The notes under the pieces are model-generated. The model worked only from the letters and a program-made list of their open reading frames with translations, was not told the origin of the DNA and did not search any database. The position numbers and the translations under genes were made by a program. Shown here in pieces: positions 63,462-64,000 of a stretch of 64,000 nucleotides of DNA. Source of the stretch: a phage; sequence record PZ347775.1. One strand, given 5' to 3'. Each line of letters starts with the position of its first letter. Position 1 is the stretch's first letter.

Positions 63462-63912
63462 AATCCACCACTATTAAATCAATATCAGGAGTAAACATGT
63501 CGATTAATTTAGAAACCTTATCCCAATCACCGCCAGCAATACCACAACCTATGCGTGGAATGTAAATTACTGGTTTAAACAAAAGGGTTTCTGCCTGTAG
63601 ATTTAATTCTATCATGCAATTTACTAAAGCACCATAATCAAGATTAGGACCCGGTTCGTATTGCGTATACAGGTTATAGCATATACCAAATCCCGTAGGA
63701 CTATGCTTAAAAACAATAGACATATCGCCTAATTTATCACGAGAACCGTATTCGGTAGTGGTTTTATCTATTTCTAAAATTTTGGGATAGGCTCTTGCTA
63801 ATTGACCCGCTACGCCAGAGCCCATTGTGTGGAAGCAATTGCATCCGTGCGCAATAATATTACCTTGAAGAAATAGGGCGACAATATCGCCCTTGATATA
63901 TTTTACAATCAT
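63433..63912 (-). CDS. macrodomain-like protein (ADP-ribose binding/hydrolase candidate)
   Basis: 159-aa ORF; N-terminal GDIVALFLQGNIIAHGCNCFHTMGSGVAG resembles macrodomain signature; tk.4 position. Confidence 0.6.
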   Translation of the reverse strand: MIVKYIKGDIVALFLQGNIIAHGCNCFHTMGSGVAGQLARAYPKILEIDKTTTEYGSRDKLGDMSIVFKHSPTGFGICYNLYTQYEPGPNLDYGALVNCMIELNLQAETLLFKPVIYIPRIGCGIAGGDWDKVSKLIDMFTPDIDLIVVDYESTLPTSV

Positions 63913-64000
63913 CTAGTACTCAATCCTCGATTATAAGAATCTACCAAACGGTCAACCATTGAATGACAAGCGGCTTTATCTTTCTCCTCCGCAACTGAAC

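Noticed and set aside
1-64000. tRNA, rRNA or CRISPR loci
   Set aside because: No cloverleaf-like or array-like structure noticed by eye; T4 tRNA cluster lies outside this map interval. Not exhaustively scanned.
63958-64000. Possible start of another minus-strand gene at the window end
   Set aside because: Too little sequence in window to define frame or identity.

Overview
This window is a contiguous segment of a T-even (T4-like, Tequatrovirus-type) myovirus genome, in the same orientation as the standard T4 map. Gene order, all on the minus strand: 52 (partial), ac-like, stp, ndd, denB, rIIB, rIIA, topoisomerase 39, dexA, dda, srd-position gene, modA, modB, soc, 56, 61, 41, 40, uvsX, glycosyltransferase, 42, imm, 43, regA, 62, 44, 45, rpbA, 46, 47, alpha-gt, 55, nrdH, nrdG, nrdD, 49, nrdC, a hyperplastic accessory region, rI, tk and a macrodomain protein. 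Only one convincing plus-strand gene is present (20835..21035). Protein names are from my recognition of T4 sequences and synteny; no database search was run. The ORF track accepts GTG/TTG starts, so several N-termini were trimmed to the ATG that follows a Shine-Dalgarno sequence. Transcripts carry many GGGC-UUCG-GCCC type hairpins and T4-style early promoters (GTTTAC, 17-18 nt, TAtAaT). Lineage markers differ from T4 itself: topoisomerase 39 is a single fused 605-aa protein, the beta-gt locus holds a different glycosyltransferase, no dam gene is present, and nrdD has no intron. The most interesting accessory content is a short ModA/ModB-like ADP-ribosyltransferase candidate (57183..57668) next to an AAA+ ATPase, a GIY-YIG endonuclease and a nucleotidyltransferase/membrane-protein operon. 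Other points of interest are an HNH endonuclease with an opposite-strand small membrane gene between 56 and 61, a four-gene paralog array, and the small-gene cluster between 61 and 41.
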